NCBI GenBank assembly: GCA_965112735.1
Contig: OZ218955.1
Location: forward strand, 620,001-684,000
Reading direction: 5' to 3'
DNA length: 64,000 nt
DNA from: Phaeosaccion multiseriatum
Taxonomy: Eukaryota; Protista; Ochrophyta, other classes
The notes under the pieces are model-generated. The model saw nothing but the letters and a program-made list of their open reading frames with translations, made no database searches and had not been told where the DNA came from. The translations under genes were made by a program, and so were the position numbers. Shown piece after piece: positions 35,775 to 50,800 of the stretch; within the stretch, counting starts at the first letter, position 1; every line of letters begins with the position of its first letter.

Positions 35775-38527
35775 GGTTGTGGCTGTTGCCTCCTTCACAG
35801 CCTCGTTTCCGTGCGCGTCACTGTACCGCGGAACGGATGGCTTTTCCATTGAGAGCTCTGTGCCCGCCTCATGGCTGTTGCTCGTCACTTTCTTGCTACT
35901 GATAGGTGCGTGGGTGCGTGTGCGCCAAGGCAGCAAGCAGTGTGGGTACGGAGGGGAGGGGAGAAGGAGAGGGAGGGAGGAGGGAGGCAAGGATCAGCGA
36001 GCGAGGGCGAGGCTTACTCCTCCTTCTCTTGTGAGCCCCACCAACAAGCCCTGTACACCGCGAAGTTTGGTTTCCGCAACCCTTCCGTGACCCTAACTCA
36101 ACCCTTACTTAACCGCTTACGTCATCCTTACCTGCCTTCCTGGTGACAGTGTTGTGGGTAATGCTGGCGCTGCTGGACAATCCGGGCATTATCCGGCCCA
36201 CGGGACAGGACCTTCAGGCCGTCAAGGATGCCGTCATATCGGGAAATGGGCCGGTGAGTGCGTGAGTGCGTGAGTGAGTGCGTGCGTGCGTGCGTGCGTG
36301 CGTGCGTGTGTGTGAGAGAAGGAGAGTGTGTGTGCGCGCGTGTGTATGATGCGTGTTTACGAGGCTAAAAGTCCCTGACTGCGGGGTGTGTACGCTGGCA
36401 CACCCCCGCTGATTATCGTGTGGGGGAGCAGGAGAGCGAAGTAAGCCAGGAAGAAGGGAAGGAAGGGAGGGAGGGAGGGAGGACACAGGGAAGAAAGGAA
36501 GGAACGGAGGGAGGGAAAGAGCGGGAATAGCACGGTCTGCGTCTCTGTTGAGACAATTCTTCAGCTGAGATGTAAGTCTCTGCCGTCTCCTGTATCTCTT
36601 GCTCACCTTCTCCTCTTCGCTCTTTCTCCCCCCCGCCCTTTCCGTTCGCTGCCCACTTGTGACTGCCTCAAACCCTCCACAGCCTCCCTCTCAGCGGATA
36701 TGCACGACCTGTCTCGTGCGTAGGCCCATTCGCAGCAAACACTGCGCCACTTGTGGTAAGAGAGCAAGCAGCATAGCAGGGTGTAGCACAGCCAAACAGA
36801 GCAGAGCAGCATGGGCGGGGGGGTCGGGGGGGGCTGTGTTGCGCGTATGTTGAGAGTTGGGTGCCACTTCCCTCACGCCCTGTGTCATTGACCACAAGCA
36901 CACGTACATCGCTCACACCTTCCTTGGTGCTTCCTTCCGTCCTGCCCTCCACCTCTGTATCACCAACTTTTATGTCAACAGGCATCTGCGTTGCTCGGAT
37001 GGACCACCATTGCGTTTGGCTGAATGGTTGCGTGGGCTACGGCAATCATCGCCTCTTCCTGGCATTCATCATCTGTGAGTAGTGTGGACAGATGAGTAGG
37101 ATGGATAGGTGTGGCTGTTTGGAGGTGATGGTACTGATGTTTCTTGTGCTAACTTGCGAGGCTTAAGCTTGGCGCTATGCTCTCCAAAGGAGGGAAGGAA
37201 GGAAGGAAGGGGGAGGAAAGAAGGAGGGAGGGAGGGAGGGAGGAAGAAGGGAGGTACGGATAAAAGAGGCCCCTAGAAGTAGTCTCATCACATTCCGTCC
37301 CTCCCTCCCTCCCTCTCTTCCTTCCCCACTTGGCTTGCTCACTCTCTCCTCTGGCGTTCTTCTCGTCAACAACAACTCAACCTCCCACCTCTCTGCATAC
37401 ACTGTCGTACAACGAATTATTTAGGTCATTTCGTTGCATGCACTGTATTTCTGGGGCTCGCAGCCCATGTGTGGAGGAGAGAGATTGCCACCGGAACCGC
37501 CACCGCCACTTCTTCATCCGGGGACGTCAACACCTGTGACGCCCTCTCTGATCTGCTAAGCCTGGACTACTTCCCATTGACTCTCCTGGTGGTGGTGAGC
37601 GTTTTGGGGGCGGCGCTGCTGCTGCTCATCTGCACAGAGCAGGTCATGGGTCTATTTGCCAACATCACCACCAACGAGCGCATCAACAAGCGACGCTACC
37701 CCTGGCTCAAGGCGCCCGTGCAGGTAACACGTCCTGTAACGGATACGAAGAACTCTAACACGTACTGTAACGGATACGAAGAACTCTAACACGTACTGTA
37801 ACGGATACGAAGAACTCTAACTGAGGGGCTCTCTCACTCTCTCTCTTGCTTCTCTTTCTCTCTCGCACTTGTTCTCTCTAATCCACTCTCTCTCCCCCCC
37901 CCTCTCTCTCTCTCGTCTTATTTCTCGCTCCCTCTGGCCGTGTCGCACCAACACCTCTGCCTCTCAATTGCCCTTGCCACCCCCTCCCTCCGCCTTTCTC
38001 GACAGGCTGCGGGCCGGACGGGTGCAAGCAACGTCTTCTTTAACCGTTACGACCGTGGGGCCATTGCCAACTGCACGGAGTTCTCGTGCCATTCGAACAA
38101 GGGAGGAGGGGGGAGAGGAGGAGGAGGAGGAGGAGGAGGAGGAGGAGGAGGAGGAGGAGGAGGAGCGGGTCCGGCGGCAGTAGGAGGGGTTGATACTTCT
38201 CTTGGCTGCAATGGAGGAGCTGGGGTGGGGTTGGGCGTTGTGAGCGATAGCAACACCATCTTGGGGGGCCTGAGCAGCAGCAGTCGGAGGACTGATTCGA
38301 GAGGGGGCGTCGCTTCTGCTGGGGGGCTTTCCCGGGGGAGCAGCTACATGGACAATTACTCGATGCCTCCCCTGACGGAGGGGCAGCAGAAGAAGCTGGG
38401 CAAGCTTGGCCTGTCTGCCCCAACCCTGGCTGGTAGACGGGGCAGCAACATTGGCGATGCCTCGTCGTTGCCCCCCACGTCATTGCCCCCCGCGCCATTG
38501 CCCCCCGCCGGCCCTTCCCCCACTTGA
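30332..38527 (+). CDS. Ankyrin-repeat DHHC palmitoyltransferase (Akr1/ZDHHC17-type) with long low-complexity N-terminus; apparent 1-nt frameshift at about 34228-34240
   Basis: Ankyrin exons ([49 protein letters not shown]), transmembrane segments, [18 protein letters not shown]|[58 protein letters not shown]. Confidence 0.9.
37725..37821. repeat. 31-bp tandem repeat x3 starting at an intron donor
   Basis: taacacgtactgtaacggatacgaagaactc at 37725, 37756, 37787. Confidence 0.92.
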
Positions 38528-38884
38528 CGTGTGTGGGTGCGTGGTCATCGTCATGGTGAGTGTGGGGCATGAGAGCAGCCCAGCCCACACACGCGCGCAC
38601 ACGCGCGCACACGCACGCACACACACACACACATACATGCACAAAGAGAGAGAGATACATAGAAAGTCCCACTAATTATCGACATTACGTACGGCCGTAC
38701 GTATTTCATGAGCCTAATAGTAACGTTTTTTCCATGGGCTTCAAAGAGAAGGGGGAGGAGTGGCAGCAACAAGCTGCAGTATTGTGCACTCGGCGTCAGC
38801 GGGAAAGTCCGTGGAGAGGAGGACAACGACGACGACGCGGAGGCGAGCCTGTGGCTTGCTGAAGAAACCCTGAGACCTCCAACA

Positions 38885-40890
38885 ATGAGGCTGGATCTTC
38901 TTCAGCTCCTCCTCAATTTTCCCTTCTCGCTACTGCTATACTCTTCTCTTCTTCTTCTGTGCTCGGCGGCTGATGATGGAGAGCCTCTCCGGGTCGCTGT
39001 CGTAGGGGCTGGTATCGGGGGAAGCACGTTCTCTCACTTCATTAAGGAGCTCCTTCCGGGCAGCCACGTCGAGGTGTTCGAGGCGTCTGGGCGGGTGGGC
39101 GGAAGGGCAGAGCACATCGACTACCTTAACAAGACGACACTGGAGGTTGGGGCATCCATCATCTACAGCGGGAACAAGTACCTGCATGACTTGACAGAAA
39201 AGATGGGTCTCACTCGCATCCCCCCTCGGCATTCAGAGGGGAGCATGGGTCTGTGGGACGGGAGCTCCTTTGCACTGTGGACAGGTGGGGGAATGTGGCG
39301 CGACGCCGCCAACATGCTCTGGAGATACGGCTATTCCCTGCTGCGGCTGAAGCGGCTGGTCAATGACAGCCTGGACAAGTTCGTGCACATTTACCCAATG
39401 CAAGAGGAGCAACAACGCGCCTTCACCGACCCCGCTGACTTGTGGGCCGCCTTGGGCCTACTGGACCTAACCCAAACAAGGACAGACACCTACCTCAACG
39501 CGGCTCTGGGCAGAAACGACACCCGCGTTCTCAAGGAGCTTGTGTACGCAGTAAACAGAGTGAACTACAACCAAGATAGCGGACTCAACGCGCTCGCAGG
39601 AATGATCTCCCTGTGCCCTGCGGTGACAGGAGACTTGTTCCAGGTGAAAGAAGGCAACGCACAGCTTGCTGTGGAACTCTTGCGAGCCGCCAACGCCACC
39701 GTGCACCACCACAGCAAGGTCACGCGCATCGTAGGTGGCAGCATCAGCAGCAGTCAGTTGGGCGGTGCTGCTACCAAACCCTCTTACATTCTGCTGTCCG
39801 GCCAGGAGGAACTGGGACGCTTTGATGCAGTGGCCGTGGCTGCCCCCCTGCAGCTCCTCGGCATCTCCTTTGATATCCGGGCGGGCGAGCAACATCATCC
39901 AGGGGTGGACGGGCGGGCAACACCCGGGGGGGGAGGCGCGTCGGCGGTGAAGGATGGGCCGCCCGTCATCCCACCGCGGCCGTTTCAAACCACCATCACA
40001 ACGTTTGTCAAGGGAAGAGTGAATGCCAGCTACTTTCTGGGAGAGGCAGGAGGGGCAGGAGGGGCGGGAGAAGAGGCCCTCCTTCCTCCTTCTGTCCTCC
40101 TGACGGAGGGCGGCGGAGAGCAGGAGACGTGGTCTTCCCTGGCCCTGCACCTAAGGCTTGAGGATGATGCAGCTGGCGACGACCACGACAATAACGAACA
40201 AGGAGGGACAAAGGGAGCCGGGGCACATGCTGCAAGTAGTAGTGGCAGTAGCAGTGGTGGTGGTGATGGAGGAGCAGGCCGTGGTGGTTTTGTAGGCGTG
40301 TACAAGCTGTTCTCAGGGGCCAAACTTCCTTCAGGTATGCTGGACAGGCTCTTTGCGCCGGGGTCGTGGGAGATTTTACTCGAGAGGGACTGGAAGGCGT
40401 ACCCCCTCCTCCACCCCGGGAATTTCCCCGAGGGGAACGAGGGGCCCAGGGGGGGTCCTCTCGGGGGGCAAGCGTTCGCCAAGACGGAACTGTTCGTGGG
40501 GCATCCGATCTACTATCTAAATGCCATGGAGGATGCTGTGTCTGGTGAGTCGCGAGGGAGGGAGGGCATCGGGTCCACCGGCTCTGCTTTTAGCACTGAG
40601 TCCCCCCCCCACCTCAAGCTGACCTACCTACATCCCTCTTCATCCCCATCCCCGCCCGCGCGTTGCGTTGATTTGCACTTTTAGCGATGGAGATCTCGGC
40701 CATTGCCGCCAAGAACGCCGCCCTTCTTATGCATCAGCACTTCACCAGCAACAGGGGGCAGGCAGAGGAGGAGGGGGCAGGGGGCGAGACAGAGGAGGAG
40801 GAGCAGGAAGGGGCAAGTGGAAGTGAAGTGGAGGAAGGAGACGGTGGTGGTGGTGCGACCCTGCACAAGTCCGAAGCGGGGGAGCTGTGA
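38885..40890 (+). CDS. PCYOX1: Prenylcysteine oxidase / farnesylcysteine lyase (exons 38885-40544, 40685-40890)
   Basis: Signal peptide; RVAVVGAGIGG; FEASGRVGGR; EVGASIIYSGNKY; LWRYGYS; RVNYNQD; VKEGN; WKAYP; IYYLNAMEDAVS|AMEISAIAAKNAALL restored by splicing. Confidence 0.9.
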
Positions 40891-41664
40891 GACCGAGTGA
40901 GGCTCACTCCCACTCCCCCTCCCCTCTGCCACCATTCGATTCAGCCTTTGGAGATGGAGGGACTGTGGGGTCGGGGCTGGGCGACCTCTGTGTCGATCTC
41001 TATATCGACCTCTATGTCGATGTCTGCATTTCTCTACCCCTCCGGTGGACGAGGCGAGCCTTTCGAGACAGACTCCTTGCTCCGTTTTTTTTTTTCGAGA
41101 GAGCGAGGAAGAGACGTGAAGAGCACACGCCGTCCTGGCTGGCTGACACCTGACACCAAGTACTGGCTGACAGCGGAGGGGAAGGGCAGAGGGACTGAAG
41201 GGCTGAAGGCCGAAGGGCAAAAGGCCTGAAGGGATGGCTCCGAGCTGGGACGGGTGGTGCGTTGACGGCCTCAGCTGAATCGAAGAGGTCCACAGGCATT
41301 GGCCGAGCACCACCATCACCACACCGCATCCTGCCAGCCTGTCTGTCTGCTTGCCTGCCCGCCTCCGGCTCTCTTTCGAGCGAAGGCTTCAGAGCTCGAA
41401 GAGGGTCGAAGAGGACTTTGTAACCGCAAGTGACTTTTGAAGGGCCCTCCCTTTGCGACTTGCAGCCATTTCCATCGTTGACAGGCAAACCCACTCGCGC
41501 GACGAGCTCTTGGGGGAGCGAGCAACGAGGAGCGAGCCATGAGGAGACGATGGCAGGCACACCTGCTGCGCGACGCCCCCTCTCGTGGATACAGGTACAA
41601 GACAAGACTGAAGGCCAATGAGGGGCCCTGCTCCCTCGCATGGCCGCCACACACACACACACAC

Positions 41665-41764
<100 letters not shown>

Positions 41765-42064
41765 TAACACGGGCCACAAGCCATCGGTGGTGGTATGTAT
41801 CTCTTTGTAGAATATGTATAAAAGCAGGAAAGATCGAAGGGATCTCTCTGTATCCCTCTAATGAGCTGACCACTTAGCTCAGGGCCTCAACTCCTGACCA
41901 CTTAGCCCAGAACCTCTGCTCCAGAGCCTCGGAAAGAGAAAGAGAAAGAGAGGAGCGAATTCTCGAGGGACAGGTGCGAGCAAGCAAAAGCAAGCAACCA
42001 AATCCAGCCCTCCAACAGGCTGTCAGCCTCCTCTGTAACTCAAGAAAAGAGCCCAGTTTCAGTT

Positions 42065-43268
42065 TCAGTTTAGCACTTTGATGGCCTCGATCTCCGCAAT
42101 GAGCGTTTCGTCAAAGCGCCTCGCCATCCTCCGCTTGGCTCCGTAGCTGGACGGCTGTGGCTGCAGACTAAAGTCAATACAGTCCTCCGCCTGCAGGGAG
42201 GGGGGAAGCGAGGAGGGAAGGAGGGACGGACGGAGGGAGGGAGTGGGAGGAGTGGGGTGAGTGAGTGAGTGAGTGAGTGAATGAGTGAGTGAGTGAGTGA
42301 GTGAGTGAGTGAGTGAGAGGAGTGGAGGGAGGGAGGGAGGGACGGAGTTAGAGGAGTGGAATGAGTGAGTGGGTGAGAGACTGAGCGAGAGGAGTGGAGG
42401 GTGGGGGGGGGGACAGGGAGGGAGAGAGTGAGAGGAGTGGAGGGAGGGAGGGAGTGAGAGGAGTAGAGGGAGGGAGTTGAGTGACAGGCATATTCGATAG
42501 TGTAACATGATGTCAACCGAGGTCAAGTCAACCAACCGAAACTGGTTACCTGTGTGACAGAGGCGCCGGGCACGAGTCCCGTGAAAGTGCCGAGATCAAT
42601 CTCCTTGCTGCACTTGCCAGGTTTGCGCCACCCCATCTCGGGCCGGATCTGAATCCTGCGCATTCCGCCCTCTTTCATGCCCTGTGGAGGAGGAGGAGGA
42701 GGAGGAGGAGGAGGAGGGGGAGGAGGGGGAGGAGGGAGAGGAAAGAAGGTATTGTGGGAAGTGGGTGACTTTATTGACGTACAGGAGTCACATGAGAAAC
42801 TGAAAGTGTGTGGGTAGTGGATGACAAGTAAGCAGTGGATGGGATGGGCATGTTCCCTGTCTGCCAATGCGAAGAAGCAGGTAGGTGGGTCCCCTCCACC
42901 CTTCTCTGAAGACACAAAAACCCTCCCCTCCGCTCCCCTGCTGCCCCTATCCCAAGAGAGTCCTCCCGTCTGCCTGTATCGGGTAACTCCTTCCTCCTTA
43001 CAGACTGGTCTCGGCACCACACCACACCACACACCTGCATGCCTTCATCGACAGCCCGGATGAGCTTTCCGGCGCCCATCTGCATAGGGAGTGTGCCCAA
43101 GTCTGCTTTGGAGTCGTCGTCCTCGCCGTAGCCGAGGCTGAAGAGGAGAGTCCCCTCTCCAGAGATACCGTCGTAGGCTCGCTTACCGAGCTTCAACACT
43201 CTGTTTGAGGTGGTTGTGGTTGTCGGGGTGTGGTTGGGGGTGTGGAGGGTGTGAAGCTGCGTGTATGT

Positions 43269-43315
<47 letters not shown>

Positions 43316-44018
43316 GAGCAGGTTGTCCTATAGCGTCAGCCTAGTCTTACGGAGGCGATTGGTACGTCTGTAGAGGGAGGAGGAGATTGGGGTCTGGCGA
43401 TAGCAGCACCGAGTGCAGCACACGACAAGAGTGAGCAAGGCAAGGCAAGGCGAGCACTCACCGGTACTTCATCTCCACCTTGCTATTTTTGGACACTGCC
43501 GGACCATCGCCGGCCCTATAATCCTTGTATCGAATGCCACTTGCCGTCTCCAGGAACGCATTACCTTCTCCCTCCTTTTGCAGCGCCTCCTGTTCCTCCT
43601 CCAGCCTCCGCTTCTCCCCGTACTCAATCGCCTCGTCCATAGACTTGGGCAGAGGCACAGACTGCTGTGCAGACTTTTCCTTCTTGGGAGGGGGCGCATT
43701 GCCTTTAACCAGAGCGCCCGCCGCACCTCCTCCTGTACCCGCTAGTGCTGCAGCTGCTGCCGCCGACGACAGTATTGAGCGAAGTGCATCTTTTCTGCCC
43801 AGCTGAGCAGACGCATCTTCCTCACTGTGTCCTCTTGTCGCCGCTAACTTCCGTTTCGCTACATGACTGGGTCTTGCCGCTGCTACCCTCTCTCTTCCCC
43901 TTGTGCCTCGCCTTGCTGCTGCCCTATCTGCAAGCGGCAAAGACACCGTGAAGGCCGATGCCAACGGAAGCAGCAGGAGCAGCAGCAGCAGCTGGTCAAG
44001 GCTGCTCTGCTTTTGCAT
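42065..44018 (-). CDS. FKBP-type peptidyl-prolyl isomerase, probably plastid/thylakoid-lumen (approx. exons 44018-43462, 43201-43034, 42681-42550, 42190-42065)
   Basis: TASGIRYKDYRAGDG, MGAGKLIRAVDEGMQ|GMKEGGMRRIQIRPEMGW, ETLIAEIEAIKV. N-terminus has a hydrophobic stretch then ASA-F, a basic transit peptide, and GRKDAL followed by a hydrophobic Ala-rich segment. Confidence 0.85.
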
Positions 44019-44144
44019 CGTCCACTTCTTCTCTTTTGGCGGAAATGAGCGAGAGATGAGCCAGCTCATCCATTCTCCATCTGTGAGAGGATGACCAACA
44101 CGCACGTCTTTCCCCCTGCTGACATACCCTATATATTCCCTATC
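44019..44144. promoter_or_regulatory. Putative very compact bidirectional promoter (126 bp between ATGs)
   Basis: Divergent starts at 44018 (-) and 44145 (+); tatata at about 44130. Confidence 0.45.
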
Positions 44145-47485
<3,341 letters not shown>

Positions 47486-47820
47486 TGTTCCTCTTTCATA
47501 ATTTACTTTATTACTGTACTACAAAATTAGTCAACACTCCCTCTCCTCCTCCTGCCACTGTTGCTGCTCAATACACGTACAGCACGGAAGTCAGGGGAGG
47601 ATGCAATGTGGAAGAAAGATGACCCTGACTATGACCGTGGCCCTGACTCTAACTCATTCACTCGGCCCCCACACTCTGCCCCCGACGTAGTGTGTCACTT
47701 TCCCTCGAGGCGGCACACTCGCACGCACTCACGTACTTGTACCTCCCTCGCAGCGTGCGTTCTTAGGCTGAGTCCTGTGAGTCAGTAAAACCACCTCTTG
47801 CTTCACACCTCTAGCTACAA

Positions 47821-50800
47821 TCAGCAGGCGAGGTAGGGCGTTTGTTTGAAGGGCGCAATAGGCACTCCAGCGAAATGCCAGGTCCCCGCTCCAGCAGTAG
47901 AGCCAGCACGGGAAGAAGGCGGGCGAATCACTTGGCCCCTGCTGGGTCGAGAGTTGTCCCCCACAATGCTGCCGGGCTTCACAATGCCGCCCCCTACCAG
48001 GCGACTCTCCCTACCGAGGACGACCGAGTGGCCGACCTTGATTGGGCGTAGCTCAACCTCTCCCAGCTGGATGGAGTGTGGAGATATCGTGACACCCCTC
48101 GAGACCATCACTCCCTCGCCAATGGTGATCAACTCCAGCTCCGTGTTCCACCTCGACTCAATGTACGCTGACATGCTCACGGAGGCACCCATGAGCCTGA
48201 CGAAGAGGGGGTACAGAGGCGTGCCCAGCGTCCATGCCAATCGAGCGGACCCCAAGCTCTCCAGCAAGAGATACATGAAATACGCATCTCCTCTCCCACT
48301 CTCCCGTGAGAAGGAGGCTTCTCGCGTTCGGCCAAAGACCTTCTTAAATGCGATGCTGGAGCACACTTCGGCAACGTGAAACAGGAGCAGCGCCACTGGC
48401 AAGAGCAGAGTCTGCGTGTCGAAGCGGCTCCAGATGGCGATTTGCGGCCGGTCCAGGCCTACGTCTCCGCTGGCGTAGAAGTCGGTGATGGGCTGCTGGA
48501 AGAGATGAAGGAACTCGTAGGGAACGATGGCGCAGCAAAACAGCCTGGCGACATGCACTGCCACAACAAGCATGCTCAGCAGGGTACGCATTCCCAACCT
48601 CCTTCCTCCCCTCGCCCGCCACCCCTGCTCCTCCTCGTCTGCACCTGCTCCATGATGCTCGCTCTTCTTCACCTTCTCGCGCCCCTTTCCTCGGTTGTAC
48701 GTTGTGGCGGGCGAGACCCGGGCAGGCAGGCCGGTCATTATGGCCCCCTCGGGCACCTCGGCTCCCTCAGGCACGCAGGAGCAGGAGGTGATGAGCGCAC
48801 GACGTCCCAGGGAGGCGCCCGCCCCAATGATGGTCTTGTCGCCAAGCGTGGCGCCTTCACCGACGGAGCAGCCCAGCAGTACGCCAGTGCCACTACAGAT
48901 TGCAGATTGCCAGTAGAGGGGGAAGAGGAAGGAGTACATCAGAGGGAGGAGGAGAGAGAATCGGAAGGAATAAAGCTTGTTGGACGAGACGGCCGGTCGG
49001 AAGATAAACGAGAGACATAGACACTACTGAGCCATCGCATGCACTGGCCTTAGTCAGCTCCCCCACCCCCCAGACTTACCTGCTCTCTGTGTGGAGCGTC
49101 AGGCCGCTCCCTAAGAAGGCGTTTGCCCCAATGTCCAGCGTGTCAGGGTCACTGAGCACCACTGCACCGCCGATGGACGCACTCCAGCTGATGGACGCGC
49201 CAAGGAGCTTGTACCACAAGACCATCAGCTCCGTGCCGGAGAAGAAGCTCATCACGAGCAGGTGCGAGAGTCCTGTCAGCCGATTGGCAGTCTCCCGACG
49301 GGCGAGCGCACAGGTAGACATGTCATTCATTTGCCGACCCTTGCTCAGTTTGCCGACGAGCACCCACTTCAAGACCACGCCCACGATCACGGCAGTAGTG
49401 CTGATGATTGCCAACCAGAGGAAGAGCAGGAGGATACCAGTGTAGCGCCCAGCGCTGACCTTGTTGGAAGCCTCTAGCTGGAATGCGATTGCGGCCAGGA
49501 AGCCTGGCAGGAGCGTGATGGCTAAGCACGTGCCAAGCAACATGAGCTGCATCCAGCCCTTCGATGCCAGCGCTGGTCCTCTGATAGGGGGCTGTTTAGG
49601 CGGTATGCGAATCGCCGCTGGATTGCCCTCGTAGAGTCGCGCTCCCGCGAGCCGCGTGCCAGAGGGCACCGTCGCTTTCACTCCAATGGTGACATTGTCC
49701 TCAAGCCTCGCTCCTCCGTGGACAGAGCTCACTGCTCCCAAGTCGCAGCCAGATCCGATCACCACCTGCATGCCGGACATGGAGGGGATATGGAGTGCAG
49801 ATGGGGGTATCGTCACTATTGGCTCTGCAGACAACGATGGGAAGTGTGTGCATCCAAAGGCAGGCGCCACATACCGACACCGCCTGCTGCTGGCAGTAGC
49901 TACTTGGGCTCCCGCTCGCTCACCTTGTCGTAGCTGATCCTCATGTCCCCAATCAGTGTCTTGGGGGAGATCATGACACTATCGCTCACAAGGCAGTTGT
50001 CGCCAATGTGTACCAAGTCAAACTCGCTCAGGCGCACCTGCAAACAACAACGAGGATCAAGCAGCAGGGAAAGAGGACGACAAGCAAAGAGTGCTTTAGC
50101 TGCCGCCCGCTTCGTCTGCTTTGCTTCTTGCCACCTCCTCGCCCCGCACCGCACGAATAGCCCGGTAGACTACGGGCAGGTGGTTCCGTGGTTCCTTCTT
50201 ACGGGTCACGTACCCCTGTCAGATCGCATCCGTCGCCGATGTGAGCTCCCATCATGCGGTACAGAGGCACGAGTACGACGGAGTCCGAGAGGGCAATCCC
50301 GACCAGCGGGTGGAAGAAGTAGTCCAGATACGTCTCCACAACCCAGCTGAGACGCGAGCGGAAGGTGAGGGGGGAGAGTGAGAGTGGGTGCACTGTCAAG
50401 CTGATACAAGCTTTGCGAACTTCTACCTCCACCACAAGGACTCGTTCGATGGACTCTTGCGATCCTTCCCTTATCTAGCGCTTCTCTCTTCCCCCCCAAT
50501 CCTCCAGTCCAGCCAGGTCTTACCAGCGCAAATGGTACGTGCTGTAGACCTTGTACACGCCCGCTTGGTACGTCCCCACGATGCTCCACTTCACCAGGGG
50601 GGCAGTCAAGAGGGCCAAAGCTGCCGTGACCACCAAACCGACCAGGTTACCGAGGAGGATCGCAAGGTAGTCGCTCGTGACGAGAGCGTCCCGACGGGTG
50701 CCCGTGCTGGCTAGGCCTTCCTGGAGCTCTAGAAGCTTCAAGACCTGCAGAGCACATATGCGGCAGTGTTACTTAGTCAATCGAATCAGGATCGGCTGAG

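Noticed and set aside
35500-36090. Poly-Cys/poly-Leu/poly-Val ORFs (also the many VCVC, HTHT and YIYI ORFs)
   Set aside because: Stop-free translations of intronic microsatellites.
37725-37821. 31-bp repeats as CRISPR or transposon termini
   Set aside because: Contiguous tandem copies with no spacers and no inverted ends.
30332-40890. Protein-lipidation gene cluster (DHHC next to prenylcysteine oxidase, with DHCR24 nearby)
   Set aside because: Housekeeping genes of different pathways; no shared regulatory evidence in the sequence, so adjacency is probably chance.
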